64,000 nucleotides of DNA from an uncultured Flavobacteriaceae bacterium (GTDB lineage Bacteria; Bacteroidota; Bacteroidia; Flavobacteriales; Flavobacteriaceae). Location: NCBI GenBank assembly GCA_964517835.1, contig CAZFEV010000012.1:2896-66895 (forward strand), given 5' to 3'. Positions 30,954-39,941 of the stretch are shown here, in pieces (position 1 is the stretch's first letter; each line of letters starts with the position of its first letter). The position numbers and the translations under genes were made by a program. The notes beneath the pieces were generated by a model. It did not search any database, had not been told where the DNA came from, and saw nothing but the letters and a program-made list of their open reading frames with translations.

Positions 30954-31153
30954 GTTGGTTAGTTTTAAGTCATGGTAAATTAACCATTATCAAAAACGCA
31001 TCAAAATCTCATGGCAAAGTTTAACAGATTCTTGTACCTTTAGGGTTCTAAAATTTTTTCTGATGAAATGCTGAAAGCTTTAAGTGTCTTGGATTCGAAA
31101 AACTTAAATGAAGCATAACATTTGACCAAATTAAAACAATAAATAACTACCAA

Positions 31154-32446
31154 ATGAAATACGACTTAATAGACCATAATCTCTTTATAAAAAACCGTAA
31201 AAACTTTGCCGCAGCCATGCAAGCAAACAGCTTAGCCGTGTTTAATTCAAACGATATTTATCCGGTAAGTGCAGATAGTACATTACCTTTTGAACAGCAT
31301 AGAGATATTTTCTATTTAAGTGGTGTGGACCAAGAAGAAAGTGTTTTGGTGTTATTCCCGGACTGTCCGAAAACACATTTAAGAGAAGTTCTTTTTTTAA
31401 GAGAAACCAATGAACATATTGCTATTTGGGAAGGCGAAAAACTCACCAAAGACAAAGCTTTTGAAACTAGTGGCATCAATACCGTGTATTGGTTGCAAGA
31501 CCTAGAAAAAGTGATGGCAGAAATGATGGCTTTAGCCGATACGGTTTACATTAATACCAACGAACATTACAGAGCAAGTGTTGAAACTGAAACACGCGAA
31601 GCACGTTTTACAAAATGGTTATTACAAAAATACCCTGCACATTCTGTAGCAAAAAGTAATCCTATTTTGCAACGCTTACGTTCTGTAAAAGACCAAATAG
31701 AACTTGACCTCATACAAAAAGCCTGTGATATTACCGAAAAAGGCTTTAAACGTGTCCTAGGATTTGTAAAACCTGGTGTTTGGGAATACAATATTGAAGC
31801 AGAATATATGCACGAGTTTTTAAATAACCGTTCTAAAGGTTTTGCCTATACACCAATTGTAGCTTCTGGTAATAATGCAAATGTCTTACACTATATAGAA
31901 AACAATCAGCAATGTAAAGCTGGTGATTTAATTTTAATGGATGTTGGCGCCGAATATGCCAACTATTCTAGTGATATGACACGTACCATTCCGGTTTCTG
32001 GGAAATTTACCGATAGACAAAAAGCAGTGTATAATGCCGTATTACGCGTTAAAAATGAAGCCACAAAACTATTAGTGCCAGGCACACTTTGGGCGGAATA
32101 TCATGTTGAAGTTGGTAAACTTATGACATCTGAATTACTCGATTTAGGACTTATTGACAAAGCCGATGTACAAAACGAAAACCCAGATTGGCCAGCTTAC
32201 AAAAAGTACTTTATGCATGGTACGTCTCATCATATGGGATTAGACACACATGATTATGGATTACTACACGAACCTATGCAAGCCAATATGGTCTTTACCG
32301 TAGAACCTGGTATTTATATCCCGGATGAAGGTTTTGGTATTAGACTAGAAGACGATGTGGTTGTACAAGCCTCTGGTGAACCTTTTAACCTGATGCGCAA
32401 TATTCCTATTGAAGTTGAAGAGATTGAGGATTTGATGAATTCGTGA
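31154..32446 (+). CDS. pepP: Xaa-Pro aminopeptidase (M24B)
   Basis: LHY, DVGAEY..YSSDMTRT, HGTSHHMGLDTHD, TVEPGIY, GIRLEDD. Confidence 0.93.
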   Translation: MKYDLIDHNLFIKNRKNFAAAMQANSLAVFNSNDIYPVSADSTLPFEQHRDIFYLSGVDQEESVLVLFPDCPKTHLREVLFLRETNEHIAIWEGEKLTKDKAFETSGINTVYWLQDLEKVMAEMMALADTVYINTNEHYRASVETETREARFTKWLLQKYPAHSVAKSNPILQRLRSVKDQIELDLIQKACDITEKGFKRVLGFVKPGVWEYNIEAEYMHEFLNNRSKGFAYTPIVASGNNANVLHYIENNQQCKAGDLILMDVGAEYANYSSDMTRTIPVSGKFTDRQKAVYNAVLRVKNEATKLLVPGTLWAEYHVEVGKLMTSELLDLGLIDKADVQNENPDWPAYKKYFMHGTSHHMGLDTHDYGLLHEPMQANMVFTVEPGIYIPDEGFGIRLEDDVVVQASGEPFNLMRNIPIEVEEIEDLMNS

Positions 32447-32538
32447 CTTCACTTAAACTATTGTATTTCATAATATTTTTAGTCTTTTTGTTGTTAAGAA
32501 AAAATCAACATTTCTCAACGTGATATTACAATAGTTAA

Positions 32539-32546
32539 TATATTTG
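32539..32546 (+). promoter_or_regulatory. -7 promoter element of the MTase operon
   Basis: TATATTTG 45 bp before the ATG; imperfect inverted repeat GTTAAGAAA/TTTCTCAAC at 32493-32519 upstream. Confidence 0.55.
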
Positions 32547-32591
32547 TTTTAAACTCATTTTTTTGAAATTAAATCCAAATAATCATATCAA

Positions 32592-33797
32592 ATGAATCAA
32601 CAAAAAACTTACATTGATTTATTTGCTGGTTGCGGAGGACTTTCACTTGGATTGCATAATGCAGGATGGAAAGGAGCATTTGCAATTGAAAAAAGTGAAG
32701 ATGCCTTTAAAACTCTAGAACATAACTTAATTAAAAAGAAAAAGCACTTTGACTGGCCTAATTGGTTAGAGCAAAAGAACCACGATATCAATGAAGTTCT
32801 TGTAAACAATTCAGAAAACCTGATTAGTTTAAGGGATAAAATCGATTTAGTAGCTGGAGGACCACCTTGTCAAGGGTTTTCAATGGCTGGACGAAGAATT
32901 GAAAATGATTCTAGAAATGATTTAATTAATTCATATATCAAATTCATTGAGTATGTAAGACCAAAATTGATATTTTTTGAAAACGTCAAGGGTTTTACTT
33001 TAGGCTTTAAAAACAATGAGAAAAAAGGAAAGGCTTACTCAAAATATGTAGTTGAAGAATTAGGAAGTTTAGGATATAATGTAAAAGGTCAATTGATTGA
33101 CTTTTCAAAGTTTGGCGTTCCGCAAAAAAGAACCAGGTTTATTCTTGTAGGAATTCAAAATGATTTTTTAAAACAAAGTCCAAATCTAAATAAGGATAGT
33201 TTCTTTGAAGGTATAGAAAATAATAAAGAATCTTTTTTAATAAGTAAGCACTTATCAATGAATCCAAGTTTAGAAAATGCCATCTCAGACTTGCTTCAAG
33301 CAAACGGAGAAATTGATTCAGAAACACCTAACTTTAAAGAAGGTATATATGGTAAACCAGCCTCAAAATACCAAAAATACATTCGTAAGTACAAAAGAAA
33401 AAACAGCAGAGTTGACAGCCATAGATTTGCTAAACACACAGAAACAATTAAAAATAGATTTCAAATTGCTCTGGATGAAAAACTAACTAGTTCTGCTTAT
33501 AGAGAAAGATTTCAACTTAAAAAAAGTAGCACAAAAATTTTAGAAGCAAATAAACCAACGCCAACAATAACAACATTACCAGACGATTACATCCATTATT
33601 GCGAACCAAGAATAATGACTGTTAGAGAATACGCAAGAATCCAATCATTCCCAGACACATACGAGTTCAAAGGTAAATACACAACTGGAGGCAAAAGGAG
33701 GACACAAGAAGTGCCCAGATATTCACAAATTGGAAATGCAATTCCACCTTTATTTGGCGAACAAGCAGGTCTAATTTTAAAACAACTTATTTCTTAA
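32592..33797 (+). CDS. DNA (cytosine-5)-methyltransferase
   Basis: Motifs I DLFAGCGG, IV GGPPCQGFS, VI ENVKG, VIII QKRTRF, IX RIQSFPD, X IGNAIPP. Confidence 0.96.
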   Translation: MNQQKTYIDLFAGCGGLSLGLHNAGWKGAFAIEKSEDAFKTLEHNLIKKKKHFDWPNWLEQKNHDINEVLVNNSENLISLRDKIDLVAGGPPCQGFSMAGRRIENDSRNDLINSYIKFIEYVRPKLIFFENVKGFTLGFKNNEKKGKAYSKYVVEELGSLGYNVKGQLIDFSKFGVPQKRTRFILVGIQNDFLKQSPNLNKDSFFEGIENNKESFLISKHLSMNPSLENAISDLLQANGEIDSETPNFKEGIYGKPASKYQKYIRKYKRKNSRVDSHRFAKHTETIKNRFQIALDEKLTSSAYRERFQLKKSSTKILEANKPTPTITTLPDDYIHYCEPRIMTVREYARIQSFPDTYEFKGKYTTGGKRRTQEVPRYSQIGNAIPPLFGEQAGLILKQLIS

Positions 33798-36076
33798 TGC
33801 AGAAAAAGCCTTTACAGTTCAAGATAAGTTCTGCATTAAAGAATATCATAGGTAGCGACTTAATTAGTGATGACTTTATCGCTGTTTTCGAGTTAGTCAA
33901 AAACTCTTATGATGCTCACGCTACAAAAGTTGAAATAACATTTGAAGATATTTATTCCGACAATGCCAAAATCATAATAAAAGATAATGGCAAAGGGATG
34001 AATTATGATGATTTGATTAATAAATGGCTCTTTGTAGCTTATTCAGCAAAGAAGGAAGGAACAGAAGAAGATAGTTACGATTATCGTGATAAAATAAAAG
34101 TAAAAAGAGCTTATGCTGGTGCTAAAGGAATTGGTAGATTTTCTTGTGACAGACTTGGAGGAGAGTTATATCTTGAAACAATTAAGGATGAGAAAAATCC
34201 AAAAGTTGAAACTTTACTCACAGAATGGGATAAGTTCGAAGGTAATCTAAAAGAGGAGTTTGTAAACATTAGTGTTCTTCACGAAACTATTCCTAAAAGC
34301 AACTATGATATAGAACACGGAACTGTTCTGGAAATCTCGAACCTAAAAAGTGATTGGGACAAAGATAAATTCCTTAGTCTTAAAGATGCACTCGCTAAAC
34401 TCATAAATCCGAATACCAAAATTGAAGGTGATGAATTTACAATAGAATTAATAGTTCCTGACGAGATTGAAAACGACAAAAAAGAAAGTGATTATCAAAA
34501 CACGGTAAATGGTAAAATACAGAACTTAATTTTTGAGACTCTAGAAATCAAAACAACAAAAATTGTTAGTTCAATTTACGATGGAGAAATAACTACAGAA
34601 TTAACCGAAGGAGGTAAACTTGTCTATAAAATAATTGAGTCAAATAGCTATGAACACCTAAATAATGTTATCATTCAAATTTACCATTTGAATAGGTCTG
34701 CCAAAGCTACTTTTACAAGAAGAATGGGAACAAGAGCTGTGGACTATGGACACGTTTTTGTTTATAAAAATGGTTTACGAATTTATCCATACGGTGAGAG
34801 AGGTGAAGACCCTTTCAAAATGGATAATAGAAAAGCACAAGGGCATAGTAGATATTTAGGTACTAGAGATGTTTTAGGATATATATCTATTTCGGAACCT
34901 AACGAAGAATTAAAAGAGACATCAAGTAGAGGCGATGGGTTAATTAAGACTAAAACATATTTTGAATTAGTTGATTGGGTTTATTCATCTATCAGGAAAC
35001 TAGAGAAGTATATAATTGATATAACTGACTGGGGAAATGAATTATCCAACGAAGACTACATAAAATTAGATAATGAAAGACAACAAGAAGCAATTGAAAA
35101 ATTAATCGAAAGCCTTACAAAGTCAAAAAATATTTTATCGTTTGAAGTAGCACCAGAGATTTTTGAGATAATAGATGAAAAACAAGAAAAATCAACAAAA
35201 AACACCTTAACCAAAATAAAAAAACAGCTTCAAAGCGATGAATATGACAAAGATGCCATTGTAGAGAGCATCTCAAAAATTGAAAAAAACCTTGATGAAC
35301 TTAAGAAATCAACTGAAGAAGCTGGTGAAGAAGCCTTAGACTCTCTTATTAAAAATGAAGAATTAGAAACTAATTTAGAAACTGAAAAGAAAAAAGGTGC
35401 TTTTCAAGGTGCTTTAATCGGAACTGACAAGGAAAGAATCGTTGGATTGCAACATCAGATTTACCATTCGTCAAGTAGGGTAACAAGAAATTTAAAATTA
35501 TTAATTAAGCATCTTGGGTCTGAGAACTTAAACAGTAAAACGAAAAAGTACATTAAAACGATTTCTCTTGAAGCTTCAAAAATAAATTCAATAGCAAACT
35601 TTGTAACAAAAGCTAACTTCAATCTTAAAGCCTCAGAAATCGAAACTGATTTGGTTGATTTTATTACTGATTATATAAAGGAATTATACCTTTTAGAAGA
35701 CAAAGTAATTGATACTTCAATGAATATTATCATCAATGATAATTACAAAAAAGAATTTATTAGAGAGTTAAGACCATTGGAGATTACAACCATCATTGAC
35801 AATCTAATATCTAATTCAGAAAAAGCCAATGCCTCTGAAGTCAAAATAGGTTTCAATAAAAGGAAAGATAATCTTGTTATATCATTCGAAGATAATGGGA
35901 AGGGTATTCCTGAAAAAAATCTTACCAAAGTTTATGATTTGGGATTTACAACGACAAGTGGTTCAGGAATTGGACTTTACCAGGTAAATGATTTAGTAAA
36001 AAACAGTTTGAAAGGGAAAATTGAAATTGAGTCGCAAGAAAAAAAGGGAACAATCATTAAAATTATTTTAGGATGA
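33797..36076 (+). CDS. MORC/GHKL-type ATPase fused to a C-terminal histidine kinase
   Basis: N-terminal GHKL boxes (ELVKNSYDA, KDNGKGM, GAKGIGRFS); coiled coil; H-box-like LQHQIYH; second ATPase domain DNLISNSEKA, EDNGKGI, GFTT, GSGIGL; no TM segment. Confidence 0.88.
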   Translation: MQKKPLQFKISSALKNIIGSDLISDDFIAVFELVKNSYDAHATKVEITFEDIYSDNAKIIIKDNGKGMNYDDLINKWLFVAYSAKKEGTEEDSYDYRDKIKVKRAYAGAKGIGRFSCDRLGGELYLETIKDEKNPKVETLLTEWDKFEGNLKEEFVNISVLHETIPKSNYDIEHGTVLEISNLKSDWDKDKFLSLKDALAKLINPNTKIEGDEFTIELIVPDEIENDKKESDYQNTVNGKIQNLIFETLEIKTTKIVSSIYDGEITTELTEGGKLVYKIIESNSYEHLNNVIIQIYHLNRSAKATFTRRMGTRAVDYGHVFVYKNGLRIYPYGERGEDPFKMDNRKAQGHSRYLGTRDVLGYISISEPNEELKETSSRGDGLIKTKTYFELVDWVYSSIRKLEKYIIDITDWGNELSNEDYIKLDNERQQEAIEKLIESLTKSKNILSFEVAPEIFEIIDEKQEKSTKNTLTKIKKQLQSDEYDKDAIVESISKIEKNLDELKKSTEEAGEEALDSLIKNEELETNLETEKKKGAFQGALIGTDKERIVGLQHQIYHSSSRVTRNLKLLIKHLGSENLNSKTKKYIKTISLEASKINSIANFVTKANFNLKASEIETDLVDFITDYIKELYLLEDKVIDTSMNIIINDNYKKEFIRELRPLEITTIIDNLISNSEKANASEVKIGFNKRKDNLVISFEDNGKGIPEKNLTKVYDLGFTTTSGSGIGLYQVNDLVKNSLKGKIEIESQEKKGTIIKIILG

Positions 36077-36957
36077 AAATAGATTACAAAATATTGTGGT
36101 TAGATGACCAAATCAACGATTTTATCGAAGATGAAATAATAGAAGAAGTTGAGAGTTTTCTTGTCACACAAGGCTTTCGCCCTAAAATTACAACTGTTTC
36201 TAAGTCCGAGGACTTTTTTAAAATCCTAGACAATTCATTCGATTTAATTTTAACGGATTATCACCTAAATGATATAAATGGTGATGAAGTAATAAAGAAA
36301 ATACGTAGTCAAGATTACTCTGTAATGACTGAAGTGCTTTTTTATACTGCAAAAGCGGATTTAAAAGATACAGATAAAATTAGCAGAGTTAGTTTTTTAG
36401 AAACCAACACGTTGTTGGGCGACCATAGGGATGAAGTTTTAAGAGCCACTATTAATCTTATAGAACTCACAATTAAAAAGTTTCAGGACATAGTTGCAAT
36501 GAGAGGTATGATTATGCAGGAAACAAGTAGTCTGGATGTTGAAATGGAAATTATACTCAAAAAGATTATTGACAATTCTAAAGAACCTGAGGCTATTATT
36601 GATGTAATTAAATCGAAGTACAAAGAGACTAATGATAAGTTCAATAAGAATATTGATAAAGAAAATGATATTGATAATATTCTAAGAATTATTGGAGCTT
36701 CTCATAGATGGCGAGCAATTGTAAGGAACTTAGATAACGGAGAAATTAAAGCAATAATGACTGATTATGAAAAAGAAATTATTGTGATTCGAAATAAATT
36801 TGCTCACGCTGAATTAATAAGTGAAGAAGGCAGACAATATTTTAGAGATAGAAAAGATGGACTTGATTTTAATCAAGAATTTTGTCAGAAAATTAGAGCT
36901 GATTTAATTAAACACAAAGACAATTTAGATGGACTAAAAACAGAGTTAGGAAATTAG
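36073..36957 (+). CDS. Response-regulator receiver domain fused to a putative HEPN RNase domain
   Basis: ILWLDD (D11-D12), DLILTDY (D62), VLFYTA; helical C-terminus with RNKFAH (R240-H245, 36790-36807); ATGA overlap with the kinase gene. Confidence 0.8.
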   Translation: MKIDYKILWLDDQINDFIEDEIIEEVESFLVTQGFRPKITTVSKSEDFFKILDNSFDLILTDYHLNDINGDEVIKKIRSQDYSVMTEVLFYTAKADLKDTDKISRVSFLETNTLLGDHRDEVLRATINLIELTIKKFQDIVAMRGMIMQETSSLDVEMEIILKKIIDNSKEPEAIIDVIKSKYKETNDKFNKNIDKENDIDNILRIIGASHRWRAIVRNLDNGEIKAIMTDYEKEIIVIRNKFAHAELISEEGRQYFRDRKDGLDFNQEFCQKIRADLIKHKDNLDGLKTELGN

Positions 36958-37015
36958 CCAGCGCTAATTCAAGCAAATTTAAGGTTTGCTCGTGCCACAC
37001 AATCTAAATAAGTTT

Positions 37016-38356
37016 TTAAACATCATATTGAATATTTAATAATTTCTCTTCAAAAACATAACACTGCAATTTCTGTAGGCTTTCTAATTTATCGCTAGTA
37101 TTTACGAGCAGTGATATATTATTATTGCTGCCACCATAAGAAATCATACGCACATTAACATCTTGTAATACTTGGAATAATTGTGGCGTGTCTTGGTGAT
37201 GCATAATTTGGTTACCAACCAAGCAAATAATACTCATATCGTTATCAATCTCAACGGTTGCAAATTGCTGCAGCTCGTTGGTTATTGCTCCGAGATTTGT
37301 AGTATCATCTATGGTTAAAGACACAGCAATTTCGGAAGTTGTAATCATATCAATTGGCGTTTCGTAGCGTTCAAAAACTTCAAATACTTTTTTAAGAAAT
37401 CCATGAGCCAAGAGCATTCTTACCGATTTTATTTTAATAGCCGTAATACCATCTTTAGCTGCAATAGCCTTAATGCCATCTCCATGAATTTGATTAGTAA
37501 TTAAAGTACCATGAGCATCGGGTTGCATGGTGTTTTTTAATCGTAATGGAATGTCTAATTGCCTAACAGGCATTACCGTTTGCGGATGTAAAATCTTAGC
37601 ACCAAAATAAGCCAACTCTGCAGCTTCATCATACGACAAATGCGATAGTGCTGTAGTTTCATTTACAAAACGTGGATCGTTATTATGAAATCCGTCGATA
37701 TCTGTCCAGATTTGAACTTCTTCAGCTTCTATAGCCGCACCAATAATAGTTGCGGTATAGTCAGATCCTCCACGTTGTAAATTTGTAATATTCCCTACTG
37801 CATCTAAACAAATAAAACCTTGCGTAATATATATATCAGCTTCTGGTAATGTATTAATAAGACGTTCTAGATTTTGCTTAATGTAGAAATTATCGGGTTC
37901 TTTAGTCACATCGATGCGCATAAATTCAAGTGCTGGTAATACTACTGCATTAATACCTTCTTGTTGCAAAAACCGACTAAACATATAGGTGGATAACAGC
38001 TCACCACAAGCTACAATCTCTTTATTCGTTTGTTGTGAATACGCTTGCCTTGTGTGCTCCACTAAACTATTGAATATACTTTGAACATAATCGATTACCT
38101 CAGCTCGCAAATGTTCCTCTTGTAGCAAATCATTTACGCGTTCAACATAGGTGTTTCTTAGCGTTTTTATGTGATGCACTGCATCGCTTGTACGACCTGT
38201 TTTTAAGGTTTCAGAAATATCAATTAAGGCATTCGTCGTACCAGACATGGCAGATAACACCACTATTTTTCTATCTCCATCTGAAATAATCTCCTTTACA
38301 TGGTTCATGTTTACCACAGAACCTACTGATGTACCACCAAACTTTAAAACATTCAT
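37016..38356 (-). CDS. lysC: Aspartate kinase
   Basis: VLKFGGTSVG, VLSAMSGTTN, RGGSDYTA, WTDIDG, C-terminal ACT domains. Confidence 0.93.
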   Translation of the reverse strand: MNVLKFGGTSVGSVVNMNHVKEIISDGDRKIVVLSAMSGTTNALIDISETLKTGRTSDAVHHIKTLRNTYVERVNDLLQEEHLRAEVIDYVQSIFNSLVEHTRQAYSQQTNKEIVACGELLSTYMFSRFLQQEGINAVVLPALEFMRIDVTKEPDNFYIKQNLERLINTLPEADIYITQGFICLDAVGNITNLQRGGSDYTATIIGAAIEAEEVQIWTDIDGFHNNDPRFVNETTALSHLSYDEAAELAYFGAKILHPQTVMPVRQLDIPLRLKNTMQPDAHGTLITNQIHGDGIKAIAAKDGITAIKIKSVRMLLAHGFLKKVFEVFERYETPIDMITTSEIAVSLTIDDTTNLGAITNELQQFATVEIDNDMSIICLVGNQIMHHQDTPQLFQVLQDVNVRMISYGGSNNNISLLVNTSDKLESLQKLQCYVFEEKLLNIQYDV

Positions 38357-38462
38357 ATATCATCTATTTTGAAAGCAAAATTATTTTACATGGATTCTAA
38401 TCAATAAAAAATCAAAGAATTAGTTTATTTTTGCACATATTGTTAATTATATAACATAAGCT

Positions 38463-39116
38463 ATGAAGACTATTGCCTCTTGTGTTGAAGAGATACTGAT
38501 AAAACAACCCTTTTTAGAAGAAGCGCTTTTTAGAAACATCATTAACTTTTCGGCATTATCCGAAGAGCTTCAAAAGCCCATCAGCGATATGTTGCGTAAA
38601 CCTGTAAAGACCGGAGCTATTATGATGGCATTACGTCGTTACAATCCACCAACACATTTACGTCAATCGCACCAATTAAAATCGGTATTAAAATCGCTCG
38701 GTGATATTACAGTACGCTCTAATTTGGTAGATTATACTTTTCAGAACTCCAACACCCTTATTGAAAGTCATGCTAAAGTTTTAGAGAACTTTAATCCAAG
38801 AGCTTTTTATGGGTTTTCTAGAGGTATTTATGAAAGTAATATTGTGGTTTCCACCTTTGAACAACAAAAAGTATTGGACTGTTTTAAAGACGAAAACATG
38901 ATTGGTTCTCAAGATAATTTATCTGCAATAAGTATTCGATTGCCTGAAAATAACTCTAAAATTTCTGGCTTGTATTATCAGATTTTTAAGCGTTTTGCTT
39001 GGGAAGGCATATCATTATATGAGGTAATTTCTACTACCAATGAATTTACGGTTTTGGTTGAAAATCATTTGGTAGATCAGGCATTTTCAGCAATAAAGAG
39101 TTTGAATAACGGCTAA
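38463..39116 (+). CDS. ACT-like domain protein with helical N-terminal domain; possible amino-acid-sensing regulator
   Basis: IINFSALSEEL...AIMMALRR N-domain; C-terminal GLYYQIFKRFAWEGISLYEVISTTNEFTVLV ACT-like fold; no kinase domain. Confidence 0.7.
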   Translation: MKTIASCVEEILIKQPFLEEALFRNIINFSALSEELQKPISDMLRKPVKTGAIMMALRRYNPPTHLRQSHQLKSVLKSLGDITVRSNLVDYTFQNSNTLIESHAKVLENFNPRAFYGFSRGIYESNIVVSTFEQQKVLDCFKDENMIGSQDNLSAISIRLPENNSKISGLYYQIFKRFAWEGISLYEVISTTNEFTVLVENHLVDQAFSAIKSLNNG

Positions 39117-39119
39117 CAT

Positions 39120-39223
39120 CGTCTGTTCGCGTGATTTTTGGCGACAAAAATTGTATCGAGAACTGAACAACTTCTCGATACTAATTTAAAAGACGTCATC
39201 TTTTAAATTCACTCGAAGTGACG
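39120..39223. repeat. CGTC-tagged REPIN-like cruciform element
   Basis: CGTCTGTTCGCGTGA-hairpin-GTATCGAGAAC faces CTTCTCGATAC-hairpin-CACTCGAAGTGACG; lies between convergent genes. Confidence 0.85.
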
Positions 39224-39232
39224 GACAAAGTA

Positions 39233-39937
39233 TCAAACTTTAAATACAAACAAACGCTCCACACTTTCTTTAGGTGCTACGTTTTCGGCATGCCATGAAA
39301 AGGTTGTTTTTGCACCTTTTTCCCAAATACATTCAAAGTCTTCTGGCGCGTTGTATTCACTTATAAAAACTCGATGTCCTGCTTTGCTTTGTTGTCTGCA
39401 CCATTCCCAAAACTGGTCATGATCAAATGCATCACGATACTTTGTTGTTGATGCATAAGGCGGATCGCAATACACAATGCTATTTTCAGGAATTTCTAAT
39501 TCAGTATAAGATTTACAAGACAGAATAACGTCATTTAGTTTAGGAACTTGTTTGGTAATATTGCGGTAGTGTTCTCCCCAATAATCGCGCTTGCCTTCTT
39601 TATCTCTTCTGTACCCTGCAAACCATTTACCACCAAACGAATTAAACCCTACATAACCTACCAAATACTTCGGATAGTTGTCTTGATTGTATTTGATATC
39701 CTTGTATGCTTCTTCAGAAACTGATTGTGGTGGATCCCATTTATCATAAATCAAAGCCTGCCACATCGCCATCAATTCTTCATGCTGATCATTTGCTATA
39801 CGAATACCATCAACCTTATCAATCATATTCATGCCGCCAGCAAAAGGTTCAATATAAGATTGATTGGCAGTTCTATCTTTCAGAATAATTGGTAGTAAAT
39901 CTTTGGCAAAACGTGCCTTGCTTCCCATGTATTTCAT
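39233..39937 (-). CDS. Orphan DNA adenine methyltransferase (Dam/D12 class)
   Basis: MKYMGSK start, EPFAGG motif I, YCDPPY motif IV, VFISEY; ATG 39937 preferred because 39979 overlaps brnQ. Confidence 0.9.
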   Translation of the reverse strand: MKYMGSKARFAKDLLPIILKDRTANQSYIEPFAGGMNMIDKVDGIRIANDQHEELMAMWQALIYDKWDPPQSVSEEAYKDIKYNQDNYPKYLVGYVGFNSFGGKWFAGYRRDKEGKRDYWGEHYRNITKQVPKLNDVILSCKSYTELEIPENSIVYCDPPYASTTKYRDAFDHDQFWEWCRQQSKAGHRVFISEYNAPEDFECIWEKGAKTTFSWHAENVAPKESVERLFVFKV

Positions 39938-39941
39938 CAGG

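Noticed and set aside
31038-31090. Hammerhead-like core CTGATGA...GAAA upstream of pepP
   Set aside because: Stem II would be one base pair, stem I is only A/T with a mismatch, and stem III needs several G-U pairs; likely chance
32447-37015. Attachment sites or direct repeats bounding the MTase-kinase-receiver insert
   Set aside because: No convincing direct repeat, tRNA, integrase or transposase was seen by eye, so mobility is not claimed
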